The notes beneath the pieces are model-generated. The model did no database searches. It saw only the letters and a program-made list of their open reading frames with translations, and was not told where the DNA came from. Made by a program: the position numbers and the translations under genes. Below are positions 38,200-50,677 of a DNA stretch of 64,000 nt, piece by piece (the stretch's first letter is position 1; each line of letters begins with the position of its first letter). The DNA comes from Hemiscyllium ocellatum (taxonomy: Eukaryota), in NCBI RefSeq assembly GCF_020745735.1, contig NC_083418.1, positions 62,079,776 through 62,143,775 on the forward strand, read 5' to 3'.

Positions 38200-39020
38200 T
38201 CTATTTCTTTCCTGAATGTTCAGTGTTGGTCTCCATAGCCTTTTGTGGTGGAGAATTCTACAGGATTACCACTTTCTGCGTGAGGAAACATCCCTGGGTC
38301 TCAGTCTGAAATGGCCTGCCCACTGTCCTGAGACCATGACCACGTTTCCTAATTACTCAGCCAAGAGAAACATTGTCCTGCATACAGTCTGTTTAACCCT
38401 GTCAGATGACTTAATGAGATCCCCTTTCATTCTTCTAAACTCCAGGATATAAGGACCCAATCTCTCCTCATACAACAAGCCTGCCGTCCCAGGAATCAGT
38501 CTGATAAGACAAGGTGTAGGTTGTAATGGGGGAAATGCTATAAGATGATGGTGGGATTGAGCAGGTTGGTAGCTGCAGAAAGATGGTGATTGCATCAGTT
38601 AGGATTGCACTCACAGGAGTCCAGGAGAATGAAGGGAGAATCTCATAGAAATCTGTAAATTTGTAACAGGACTAGAGATATTAGATGCAGAAATGTTGTT
38701 CCCGATGGTGGGGTGTCCATAACCAGCTGCAGTTTAAGGGCAATGAGTAAACCTTTCAGCACTGAGAGGAGAAATTTCTTCACCTAGAGAGTGGTGAGCC
38801 AGTGGAATTCACTACCACAGGAAGTGGTTGAAATCAAAATATTATTTTCTTTTCAGGAAGGAGGTAGATGTAGCTCTTGTCAGTAAAGGGATCAGGGATC
38901 AGAGATAAGGGGGAGGGCAGGATTAGAGTATGGAGCTCGATGATCAGCCATGATCATATTGGGTTGTGGAGCAGACTCGAGGGGTCACATAGCCTATTCC
39001 TGCTGCCATCTTCTATGTTT
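38200..39020. mobile_element. CR1 3' fragments in both orientations
   Basis: YEERL...LEFRRMKGDLI on -; RRMKG.LIE...WNSLP and 3' UTR on +. Confidence 0.75.
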
Positions 39021-39251
39021 AAGAGTGACAGCAGAATGGCAGTTTCTTTTAAAAGAGAGGAGAAAATACCCAGAACAATAGCAAAAGTGGAGGTTCAAAA
39101 ATATAACATACATTTGATATTTGTGCTTTATTCTTTAATTCAATTCCAATATAGTTCAAATACAATACTATAAGTTAGAATTTGCTGTTAAATTGATTTT
39201 AATAGTAGGTACTTATTGTAATCTGTTTCAGATTATGTCTCAAGATAGACA

Positions 39252-39429
39252 ATGGAATATCATTGCTCACCTCAGTCCTTCTCAGATAACTTTGTTGTGG
39301 AATGTTGGGAGTGGGATGTTAATGCGAAGTCACCAGCAGTACAACTTTCTCCATGTCGGAGAGCAGTTTACTTTCATATTGACCCCGTCCTGCAAAGTGA
39401 AGGTACAGCCGGAGTTAGAGGAACAAAAG
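39252..39429 (+). CDS. SPSB3-like (SPRY + SOCS box) coding exon 1
   Basis: ATG in ACAATGG context with an in-frame TAG 6 nt upstream. MEYHC...CWEWDVNAKSPAVQLS...VYFH...GTAGVRGTK-G resembles SPSB3 WVWD..KS....LS...V.FH...GTAAIRGTK. Donor G|GTGGTA, phase 1. Confidence 0.85.
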
Positions 39430-40189
39430 GTGGTATCAAAATAGACTTTGCTGTGTTCTTGTTTTTAGTTAATATCAGAGAATAAGGGAGGTATTTCTTT
39501 ACTTCAAATGTATTGTTAAAATGTTTCACATTAATGTGTTTCCTAATGTATGAATGGTCTTAGCTGTAGCCATCTGCAGCTAAGATGTAGATGGTGATTG
39601 CATGATGATATCTATTGCATTGCTGTGTTGGGTGTACTGACATTGCCTTGTGTTTCATCAATCAGTGTTAGTCCAATGTAAATAAAATCAACAGTTGCAT
39701 CAACTTATACTAAATTGGCAGCAATGCTGAAGTAAATTGCATTGCCACAAAGCATTCACTTATGTTTTATTAATCAGCCACAATACACAGGGCAATACGT
39801 TTTTAACATCCTCTGCTTGATGTTAATGTTTAACAGATAGTGTGGGCAACAAACACAATGCTGTTTGACATATTTTCTTGCTGTCTAGTTAGCTCATTAA
39901 ACATTCTCTTCACTGAGCACTCTTGTTACTGCTGCTGCCAGTTAACATTGTGCACTTATATGCTCAAGCTGAACAACATCAGGTTATTTCTGGATCATTT
40001 ATTTGCAGTTCCCTCTGATTCAGCCACCACAAATTTTAGCAGTAATTTTATGTTGTATTCTCTTTACCTTTTGAGCTTCCTATTTTACAGTTATTTTACA
40101 AAAATGTACAAAAATATAACCATGACTATGTGGAGTCCCAAAACTGATTCTGACAATATTAGTTGACAATTATTTAATACTCCTCAATG

Positions 40190-42490
40190 TGATACTGCAG
40201 AAGGAGACCATTTGACCCATTGTGTCTGTACCAGCTCCCAAAAGAACTACCCATCTAGTTCCATGCTTCACTCTTACCTCCATAGCCTCCTAAATTAATC
40301 ACTTTTAAATATATATCCAGCTCTCTTTTGAAACCTCCTGTGGAATCTGCCTCCATCACTCTCCCAGACAGTGTATTCCAAATCCTCACACTCTCTGGGC
40401 AAAGAGGTTTCTCCTCATCTCATTGCTAGCTCTCTTGCTGACAATTTTGAAGTTGTGATCCCTAGTTACTGATATACCAATTAGTGAAAATAGAATATCC
40501 TTCTTTACCCTGTCCAAATTGTTCATCATTTTGAACACCTCAATAAGGTCGCCTCTTAATCTTTTCTGTTCCAAGAAGAACAAGCCCAATCTCTGTAATC
40601 TTTCCCTGTATTGAAAATCCCTCATTCCTTATATCATTCTGCTAAATCTCCTTTGCACTTTTTCTAGGGCTTTAACATCCTCCCTTAAATAAGGTGTCCA
40701 GAACTGAATACAATACTCCAATGATTCGTTGAGGTATAGCATCACTTCCTTGCTGTAATACTCTGTGCCTCTATTTATAAATGCAAGGATGCTATAAACA
40801 ATCTGAAGAACTGTTTCCATTTGCCTGGCCACTTTCAGAGAATTGTGCACATAATCCCTGAGGTCCATCTGCTCTTGTACTCTCTTCACACTGATACAAT
40901 TGAGCTTGCATTGTTTCTCTGAGTTTCTCCATCTAAATACATTTCCTCACATTTCCTTGCATTGAAACTCATCTGCCAGGTGTCTGATCATTTAGCCAAC
41001 TTATCAATGTTCCCCTGAAGTCATAGAGTCATGCAGCACAGAAACAGACCATTCGGTCCAACTCATCCATGCTAACCAAGTTTACTGCATTTGGCTCATA
41101 TCCCTCTAAACTGTTCATATCTATCCAAATGTCTTCTAATGCTGTAACTGTATCTGCACCTACCACTTCCTCTGGCAATTCATTTGTCTGTGTGAAAAAG
41201 TTGCCTCTTAGGTCCCTTTTAAATCTTTCCCCTCTCGCCTTAGAAATATACCACATAGTTTTGAACTCCCCGACTCGAGGGAAAAGTGATTTTATAAACC
41301 TCTCTAAGGTCACTTCTCAATGTCCTACGCTCCAGTGAAAAATGTCCCAGCCTATCCTTATAGCTCAAACCCTCCATTCCCAGCAACATCCTGGTAAATC
41401 TTTTCTGAACCCTCTCCAATTTAACAACATCCTTTCTATAGCAGAGCGACCAGAATTGCACATAGTACTCCAAATGTGGCCTCACCAACATCCTGTACTA
41501 CCTCAATATGACATCTCATTTCTTATACTCAATGGTCTGAGCAATGAAGGCAAGCGTATTAAATACTGGCTTAACCATCCTGTCTCCTGTGATGCAACTG
41601 TCACAGAACTATGTACCTGAACTCCTTAGTCTCTCTATTTGGCACTACCCCGGACCTACCATTAACTATATAAGCCCTACCCTTATTTGTTTTACCAAAA
41701 TGCAATCCTTCGCATTTATCCCAATTAAATGCCATCTGCTACTCCTCAGCCCATTTGCCCAATTGATCAAGATCAATTTGTAATGTTAGACAACCTTCTT
41801 CACTGTCAACTACAGCACAGATTTTGGTGTCGTTTGCAAACTTACTAACCATGCCTCCTAAATTCTCATCCAAATCATTTATATAAATTACATCCATACA
41901 ATTCACTGTTCTCCCTAGCTTTGTATCCTCTGCAAATTTATTGGTTTTGCCATCAACACCCATTTCCAAATCGTTCATATAAATCTGAAAAGACAAGGGT
42001 CCAAAAACCGATCCCTGGGGATCATCATTTGCAACTTGTCTCCAATCTGAGAAATGTCCATCTATACCAACTCTCTGTCTTCTATCTTTTAGCTAACTTC
42101 TAATCCGTGCTGCCAAGGATCTGTCAATCCCAAACATTTCTAATTTGCCAACCAATCTGCCATGTGGCTCTATAGTAAATACTTTCTGAAAGCCCAAATA
42201 TACAACTTCCACAGCACGACCCAAATCCACTGCCCATGTCACTTTGTCAGAGAATTCAACTAAATTTGACAGACATGACCTGTCCTTTGACGAAGCCATG
42301 TTCATTGTCTGGTATGAACGTACTTTTTTCTAAACGTATATTTGTCTTATCCTGTATTATGCCAAGCTGACAGGTCTATAATTTTCCTTTGTCCTTTCCT
42401 CAACAGTGGCATAACGTTTGCAATCCTTCAGTCCCCATGACTAATTCTGTGATAAGAGAGATCTGGAAAATTTCTGTCAACAGCTCTACA
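40190..42490 (-). mobile_element. Nested CR1 LINE fragments (one CR1 inserted in another at about 41020-41885)
   Basis: SCLSNLVEF, YLGFQK..PHGRL, YINDL..KFANDTK, VRPHLEY.VQFWS, RLRGDLIEVFK. Confidence 0.88.
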
Positions 42491-42810
42491 GTTTGCTATT
42501 TTACATTAGAGTAGTATATACAAGAATATTGAATGGAAATAGTTGTGATTATTCACTGATATTGTCAGCAATGATTTCCTGACTGCCAAACTTGTTTAGA
42601 AATTACTATTGTGAAGATGTGGAAAATGAAGAAGTCAATACAGTAAATTGTTATTCCAAAATGTTCAGGCACAAAGGAGCATTGATGTAGCTTTGTGGTG
42701 GCAGAAATATAAACCTGTACATTGCTTGGATCAGATGCTTAACATATTGATCCATTGAAAATATCTTTATGAAATGCACCCTTTTATTCATTATTGTGCT
42801 GTTTGAACAG

Positions 42811-42942
42811 GCTTCATCCATGGAGAACATTATTGGGAGGTTAAGTTTCTTGAACCTCCATATGGTACCTCTGTGATGGTGGGTGCTGGAACAAGACATG
42901 CACATCTTCATCTTGGCAATTACACATTTATAAACATGCTCG
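42811..42942 (+). CDS. SPSB3-like coding exon 2
   Basis: Acceptor tttgaacag|, donor G|GTAAGT, 132 bp, phase 1-1. (G)FIHGEHYWEVKFLEPPYGTSVMVGAGT...FINML-G is the SPRY core. Not in the ORF track. Confidence 0.9.
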
Positions 42943-43029
42943 GTAAGTAACCTTAAGAATTCTGTAAAACTTTTATCAGTATGTTAAAATCCTAATGTGT
43001 CCAGTTCATTATATATTAACATAGTTCTT

Positions 43030-43760
43030 TTGTCTGCTTAATTAACCTATCTATATCCCTTTACAGAATTCTTTACATCATCCTCACAACCTTTTTTCCT
43101 ACATATTGTTTTTAATTGTCTGCACTCTGGCTGCAATACACTGGGTCCCTTCATTCAAGTAATTGATACAGATTGTAAATAATTAAGATTCCAGCTCTGA
43201 TTTCTGCAGTACTCCACCAGTTACAATTCACCAAATGAAATGACTGATTTATGTTGACTCTCAGTTTCCTGTTTGTCGGGCAGTCCCCTACGGCAAACGA
43301 TCATTCCCAACACCATAAGCTCTTAACTTCTTCAATAACCATTCATGTGGCATATTATCAAATACCTTTTGGAAATCCAAATGCATCTCATCTACTGATT
43401 TCACTTTATCTACTCCACACATTACATCCTTGTGGAAATTATTATAGATTTATTATATACTTTTTCCCTTTTACAAAACCATGTTGATTTTGCTCAATCA
43501 TGTTATGATTTTCTAAATGTCACACTGCTACCGATTTAATAATGAATTTGAGCTTTTTTCCCAATGATAAATCTCAGGCTAACTGGTCTGTAGTTTGGAC
43601 TCCCTCCTTTCTTGAATAGAGATGTACAGCCATTGGAATGTTTCCAACGTCCAGAGAACTTCAGACGATTACAACCAATGCATCTGTTAGCTCTGCAGCT
43701 ACTTCTTTTAAGACTTTAAGATGCTGGCCATCAGATCCCGACTCCATGTTTAATAGTTTC
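43030..43760 (-). mobile_element. Old CR1 RT fragment
   Basis: tatcaaataccttttggaaatccaaat (reverse of LDF.KAFD) and ttttacaaaaccatgttgatt (reverse of NQHGF.K). Confidence 0.7.
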
Positions 43761-44175
43761 CCAGCATTATTTCACTGGTGATGGTGAGAGTTAACGCCCT
43801 CCTCTTCACCTTTTATCCAGTGTCGTCAAGCTTTATAAGTCTGCTCCTGTGAGAATCCAGTGAATTAAGCAGAGATATAAAATTCACAAGTAGCAAGACA
43901 CAAGAGCTGGTTATTTATGACATTGTGAGCACAGCTGAGCAGTTTCAATCAGGATGGGGGTGTGCTATTCCATGGGCCTGTGTGGTGAGGATCCCAACTC
44001 ACCATTCGTTGTATGAGCAGTAACTCAGATTTCTCTCCATGATCCTTCCAGACATGCTGACTTTTCCAGCAATTCCCATTTTTGTTTCTGATTTCCAGCA
44101 TCTGCAGTTCTTTTGGTTTTTATTGAGCTGTTTCTATTTTTTTTCAGTTTATTTGAGGTACATGGGCATCTCTGG

Positions 44176-44391
44176 TGAAAACAATGACTGCAGATGCTGG
44201 AAACCAGATTCTGGATTAGTGATGCTGGAAGAGCACAGCCGTTCAGGCAGCATCCGAGGTTTAGCAGTAAAATTGACGTTTCGGGCAAAAGCCCTTCATC
44301 AGGAATACCCGAAACGTCGAATACCCGATTTTACTGCTAAACCTCAGATGTTGCCTGAACTGCTGTGCTCTTCCAGCACCACTAATCCAGA
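44176..44391. mobile_element. Palindromic PLE-terminus insertion with 16-bp TSD, inside a LINE tail
   Basis: ACATGGGCATCTCTGG at 44160-44175 and 44392-44407; inverted arms. Confidence 0.9.
44271..44307 (-). ncRNA. Minimal hammerhead ribozyme motif
   Basis: Minus strand reads tattc-CTGATGA-a-GGGC-tttt-GCCC-GAAA-c-GTC-aatt. Confidence 0.75.
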
Positions 44392-44407
44392 ACATGGGCA
44401 TCTCTGG

Positions 44408-45365
44408 CTGGACTAGTGTTTATCCCTAGTTGCCCTTGACAAGGTGGTAGTGAGCTACCTTCTTGAAGCACTGCAGTCCTCATACTGTGGGTCAACCACA
44501 ATGCCCTTGGGGAAATTTTCAGGACTTTGAACCAGCGATTGTGAGGGAACAGTGATATATTCCCAAATCAAGATGGTGAGTGGTTTAGATGGTGTATCCA
44601 TGCATCTCCTTCTATTTGGAAGTGGTAATGGATTTGGAAAGTGATGACTGAGGGTATTTGGGGAATTTCTGCAGTTCATGTTGTGGATGGTACACACTGC
44701 TGCCACTGAGGCCACCAATGGAGGGAGTGGATGCTTGTGAATGTAGTGCTAGTTAAGCAGGCTGCATTGTCCTGGATGAGATCAAGCTTCTTGAGTGTTG
44801 TTGGAGCTGCACCATTCAGGTAAGTGGCGAGTATCCCATCACTCTCCTGGTTTGTGCCTTGTAGATGGTGGACAGGCTTTGAGGAATGAGGAGGTGAATT
44901 CCTCGCCACAGAATTCCTAACCTCTGATGTTCATGGAACCGCTATGTTTATGTCATAGTCATTGAGTCTTAGAGATGTATCGCATGGAAACAGACCCTTC
45001 GGTCCAATCCGTCCATGCTGACCAGATCATTTGAGGTTCTGGTAAATGGTAACCCTAAGGATTTTGATAGTGGGCGATTCAGTGATGGTAAATGTCAAGG
45101 AGCAATGGTTGGATTGTCTCTTATTGGTGATGATTATTGCTTTAAGTTTGTGTGGTGCAAATGTTACTCGCCATGTGTAAACTCAAGCCTGGGTGTTGTC
45201 CAGATCTTGTTATATTTGAACATAGAATGCTTCAATATCTGAGGAGTTGTGAATGGTGCTAAACATTGAGCAATTATCAGTAAACATTCCCATTTAGCAC
45301 CTTACGATGGAGGTAATGTCATTGATGAATCAGTTGAAGATGGTTGAGCCTACCCTGAGGAACGT
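44408..45365 (-). mobile_element. L2/CR1-group LINE 3' fragment
   Basis: AAPTTLKKLDLIQDNAACL...IHSLHW; same tail as at 20585. Confidence 0.75.
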
Positions 45366-46054
45366 TCATTGATAAACTGCTCAGGGATCAAACTGCTGAG
45401 CCTCCTCCAGGATATGGCCAGAGAGATTCAGTAAAATAGACGTGAGTGATCTGTAGACAAGTATTTTGAATGTGAAAATGCAGACCATCAACAAATCAGC
45501 ATGCAGGAAAGCTACAGTCTGTGTGTCAAATATTGTGTCCGCCTATGTCAAGCAGACACATCACCTGTTACTGGCTGGATCCCAAACTTGCTGGGTTGGA
45601 TATAAATGGGAAAATCCCTGAGGATTTTCCATGAAACTATTTTAGCTACACTGTATACCAGTGTTGAGATGCAGGTACCCAGGTAAAACCCTCTCAGAAT
45701 CATCACCTTGTTAAAATGCGAAATGCAACTTAAATAAAATAATTTGTCTTACCAGTCCTATTTAGTAGGGTTTATTCCTTTCTTGTCATCTTTTCTTTTC
45801 TTCAATAATAAGGTGCTCCTCTTTCTGACACTCAGTCACATTTCTCATTTCTAACTTGAACTTGCGTTAGTTTCCTTATCAGTTTCATGCTGAGCTGTTT
45901 CTCCTTGAGTCAGGATTTTCCAAACTGAATGCATTTCTGTTCAAAATGGTTCTGTATAAAACTAAGTCAACGGTAACATGTTATCTGTTTAGTGCCTCCA
46001 TACAAATTTGGAGTTTTGTGCAGCCAAACCCACAACATACATTTCATATTAATA

Positions 46055-47130
46055 TAGAATCATGGAGTATTATAGTATAGAAGAAGGTAATTTGACCCAG
46101 CATGCCTCTACCGGCTCCCAAAAAAGCTACTCAGCTAGTCTTATTCCCTAGCTGTACCTCTGTAGCCCACTTACAAATATATATCCAGCTCTCTTTTGAA
46201 ACCTCCTACAGAATCCATCTCCACCACTCTAGGAGAAAGTGAGGACTGCAAATGCTGGAGATCAGAGTCAAAGTGTGTGGCGCTGGAAATGCACAGCTGA
46301 TCAAGCAGCATCTGAGGAGTAGGAGAGTTTACGTTTTAGGCATAAGATCTACACGAAGAATGGTGGGGTGGGCGGTGGGGTGGTGGCCCAAGGGGGCTGA
46401 GAGATAAATGGGTGGGGGGGTGGGGCTGGGGGGCTGGTAGCTGGGAATGTGATAGATAGATGAAGATAAGAGAGAGGAGAGTGGAGCGGATAGTTAGGAA
46501 GGAAGACAGACAGGTGGGACAGTTCAAGAGGGTGGTGCCGACATTCCAAATCCTAACAAAACTCTGAGTGAAGACGTTTCTCCTCATCTCACTCCTCCCT
46601 TTTTTGCTGACAATCTTGACATTGTGACCCCTAGTTACTGACACGCCAACTAATTAAAACAGAATGTCCTTCTTTACCCTGTCAAAATTGCTCAGAATTT
46701 AGAACACCTCAATAAGGTCACCTCTTAATCTTCTCTGCTCTAAGGACAAGAAGCCCAGTCTCTCTAATCTTCCCTTGTATCTAAAACCCCTCATTCTTGG
46801 CATCATTCTAGTAAATTTCCTTTGCACTTTGTCCCGGGCTTTAACATCCTTCCTCAAATAAGGTGCTCAGAACTGAACCCAGTCTTCCAAAAGTAGTCTG
46901 TAGAGGTGTAAAATCACTTCCTTGTTTTTATACCCTATGCAAAAGGAGAAAGTGAGGACTGCAGGTGCTGGAGATCAGAGCTGAAAATGTGTTGCTGGAA
47001 AAGCACAGCAGGTCAGCCAGCATCCAAACAGCAGGAGAATCGACGTTTCGGGTATGAGCCCTTCTTCAGGAAACCCTATGCCTCTATTTACAAACCCATG
47101 AAATTGTAAGCCTTCTTATCAGTATCTCCT
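46055..47130 (-). mobile_element. CR1 3' fragment carrying two PLE-terminus inserts (about 46232-46540 and 46941-47072)
   Basis: CR1 sequence closely parallels 40190-40800. ACCCTATGC is duplicated around the second insert. Confidence 0.82.
47036..47073 (-). ncRNA. Minimal hammerhead ribozyme motif
   Basis: Minus strand reads tttc-CTGAAGA-a-GGG-ctcata-CCC-GAAA-c-GTC-gattct. Confidence 0.7.
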
Positions 47131-47246
47131 AGGATATCATGCCATTACAATCTCTGAATGTTACTGATGAATGTTATTTTTCATTTTCAAGGAAATCCAA
47201 TCAGATTAAACAGCGTTTCTAACTTGATCGTACTTCCTTCTCACAG

Positions 47247-47437
47247 GGATGGATTCTGAAAGCTGGGGCTTATCCCACAAAGGTATAACCTGGCATGATG
47301 GCCACAGCAGACAGTACACGGAACCATTTTATGAGAAAGCCACAATCATAGGAGTTGACTTAAATCTGTATGATGGTACTATGACCTTTTATAAGAATGG
47401 ACACAATTTAGGAGTTGCATTCACAGGCCTCAATAAG
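47247..47437 (+). CDS. SPSB3-like coding exon 3
   Basis: Acceptor cttccttctcacag|, donor AAG|GTAACT, phase 1-0. (G)MDSESWGLSHKG...IIGVDLNLYDGTMTFYKNG..LGVAF resembles SPSB3 DSWGLSY.G...IIGVHLD...GTLTFFKN. Confidence 0.92.
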
Positions 47438-47987
47438 GTAACTAATAATCAGGTGTAGGATATTTGAAATTTGTTATTGTGTGACAAAAAGTAGTAGAAA
47501 TTTTATAATTGCTTTTAGTGAAATAATATTTGAACAGTGAATTCATTTAGATTGTCATGTTTTACTATGTTGATACTAAACTGAGTTTCATAGGGAACTG
47601 GGTGTCACATTCTGCTTTGAGACATGGAGATGAACAATATGAAATTCTCCTCTTTCTGCTTTAGTAAGAGTGAAAAATAATGAGCAGCTGAATCAGTTTA
47701 TAATTGATACTTTATTGACAATAAAACAATAGCCTCAGAACAATAACAAAATGAGAAATTGAAATTTCCAGAATGGAATTGTGAGGAGTTAGCTTGTCAG
47801 AAAGCATTGTCGAGTTTTTAAAGTCCCAAATCAAAGTCAAATGTAAATACTTCATGTTGGCTGGATGTGAGGTTCCATTTCTCAGGAATGAATATAAAAG
47901 ATCGCCATAAAACTAACAAGACAGCACTTCTGTGTTACTTCTCTAAGTCAGTATATGAGTATGCCATTAAGTGATAAAATGTCAGGA

Positions 47988-48160
47988 CAGAGGATACTTG
48001 ATTATCCGAAGGACATGGGTGGGGCTATTTCGTTCGGTTAATCGAATGCTGGATAATCAAATGTCAGATAACATAGTTTAGCCAAGCACTGGAGTCTTGC
48101 AATCTTGCAGGATAATCCAAAACTTGGATAATCAAATGCCAGATAATCGAGGTTCCTCTG
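47988..48160. mobile_element. Tigger/pogo-like MITE
   Basis: TIRs cagaggatacttgattatc and gataatcgaggttcctctg; internal ggataatc repeats. Confidence 0.7.
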
Positions 48161-48924
48161 GATACCTTTAACAGACATGCTCATATCATCAGTCTATCAT
48201 GTAACATGTGACCTGAGCATATAAAGTTCTCAGACTCCATCTTAAGTTGGATTTCTTGAAGCATGACATGTAAATGAAAGCTTACCACTGTCTATGACTG
48301 GATAGTATAATTCTAGCACAGCCACATATATGTCTGAGAATCTATTATTTATATATAACACTGAGCTGTAATAAATATTCTGTGGGAGCATTCAAAACTG
48401 CATTACCCACCTCTAGTTCTGAGGTTACGAGGGAAAACATAAGCACTGGTGCATCAGGGAAAGATACCTGAGGCCCAGGATGCACAATGCACATCATGGT
48501 TAGCAGCAGAGGGTATCTGTAAAGAACAGATTCTAAGATCTCAGTTGCAGGTATTTGGAAACGTCATTGAAATAAAGAATTTGAACATTCATCAGCATCA
48601 ATTTCTGAGACTACAGATGATGTTGAGATGTGTCAATAGGCAAAGCAAGAAGACAAAGTTAATTTACGTATTAAAATCTAAGCTTGTTCAAGTTGGAGAA
48701 AAACACTCATGTGCCTACAATTCCTATTTAATAGAAACTGTCGTCAAATGGTCCTCATGGTATAGCTACAAAGTATTCCGGAAAAAAACACTTAAAACTG
48801 TTGTCTAACCTTAGAAGGTTTATCTGTGACCAAAGTATAGTAGTTTTGCTATTTTGTTTCTTCAAATTGGCCTGAATGTAGAGGGAAGCTTATGGGATGT
48901 CTCCATTCCCTGTTCCAAAACCAA

Positions 48925-49300
48925 AAGAATTCTGGATACTATAAATCGAAACACAAACAGAAATTGCTGGAAAAGCTCAGCAGATCTGGCAGAACTTCTG
49001 AGGAAGGGTCGCCAGTGCTGAAACATTAACTTTGATTTCTCTGCACAGTTGCTGCCAGATTTGCTGAGCTTTTTCAGCAACCTCTGTTTTTGTTACCTCT
49101 ATACATTGTGTGTATGTATGTATAGGAGCGCCTGTGTGTGTGTGAGAAAGAGTGTGTGTATAGGAGTATCTGTGTGTGTGTAGTGCAATGGTGGCCACCT
49201 GTAATGTGACATGTACCCAAGGTCCCGGTTGAGGCCCTCCCTATGGGTACTGAACTTAGCTGTCAGCCTCTGCTCGGCCACTTTTCGCTGCTGCCTGTTT
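48925..49300. mobile_element. Inverted PLE-terminus pair plus a PLE family 2 fragment (-)
   Basis: ttctgaggaagggtc...gaaacattaac is a degenerate hammerhead; QQRKVAEQRLTAKFSTHREGLNRDLG is a GIY-YIG C-terminus. Confidence 0.75.
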
Positions 49301-49584
49301 TTGCCTGTTTGCATAATTATCAAATTGGCAAAACATGGCAATGTACGACCATATATCTGAGATTATTTGTTGTCTTTTAGTTGGTATGTCAGCATAACTT
49401 TGAGAAATCTACTGTATCATTACTGTATCATAGCTTGTAACCTGAGGATATAAAAGTCTTAGACACAAACTTGGATCACTTGAATCATGATGTGCTGATG
49501 AAAAGCAATTGTTTTTAATAGCCAATTGACCTAATAATAGTCCAGACATTTCTATATCTGTGAATCTAACTTTCTTTTATTCAT

Positions 49585-50300
49585 TCAGAGAATGTAAGCT
49601 TTGCTGGTTGTGTCAGTCTTTACTTCCCACCCTAATCCTCTTGAGACGGTGTGATGACCTGCCTTCTCAAATAAGTGCAGTCTAACTTGTGCAGCGACCC
49701 TCACAATACTGTCAGGGATAGAATTTCCAGGATGTTGACCCAGTGGCACTAAAGGAACAGGAAGACATTTTGAAGTCAAGATGATGAGTGGGTAAAGAGG
49801 TTTTGGAATGTGACGATGGTCCCACGTATTCACCTTGTCCACCTAGATGGTAATAGTCATGAGTTTAGAAGGCAAAGTCTGAGGAGCCTTGATAAAATTT
49901 TGCAGTACACTTTGTAACTGGGACACACTGCTGCCACTGAGTGTCAGTGATGGAGGGAATGTATGTTTCTGGATGTGGTGTGTGTCAAGGGGGGTGCTGT
50001 TTTATGCTGAATGGTGTCAAGCATCTATCCACTTAAGTAGGGAGTATTCCAACAAACTCTTGACTTGTGCCTTGTAGATGGCGGATAGTCTTTGGGGACC
50101 AGATTTCCTTCCCTGAAGGGCATTTATGATCCATATAGATTTGTAGGACAATCAACAAAGGTTTCATGGTCATCATTAAAACTTTTAATTCCAGACAGTC
50201 CTTTAAATTAAATTTCACCTTGATGGGATTTGAATGCAGGTCAACCTGGTTCTCATGGATTACTAGTCCAGCGACAATATCATTATGCCATCATCTCCCC
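49585..50300 (-). mobile_element. L2/CR1-group LINE 3' fragment
   Basis: Same family as 20585 and 44408. Confidence 0.7.
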
Positions 50301-50677
50301 ACCATTTACATATAAACAGTGAGCTGCAATAAAAGTTCTGTTGGACATTTTAATAGCATGTTCTTTGTTCTAAGGGATAAAATGAGCATTACCACATGAG
50401 GGAAAGATAGCTTGCTGAAAATAAAATGCATGTCAAGTACATATATCAAGCTGAAGATAACAATCTAATACAATAAACCACTCCGGTTTCAGATGAGCAA
50501 AAATGTCTCATTTCTGTTTAACATAAAATGGTGACTAAAACCCTAACTATAGTTGAAGTACAGAGGTGCAATTTTATTCCTTGTGTTTGTTTCAAAAGAC
50601 TACATTGTAATGCTGAAATTTATTTAATTTCTAGACCATTATGTGCCACTGATTTTAGTTTTGTTTGAACCCGACAG

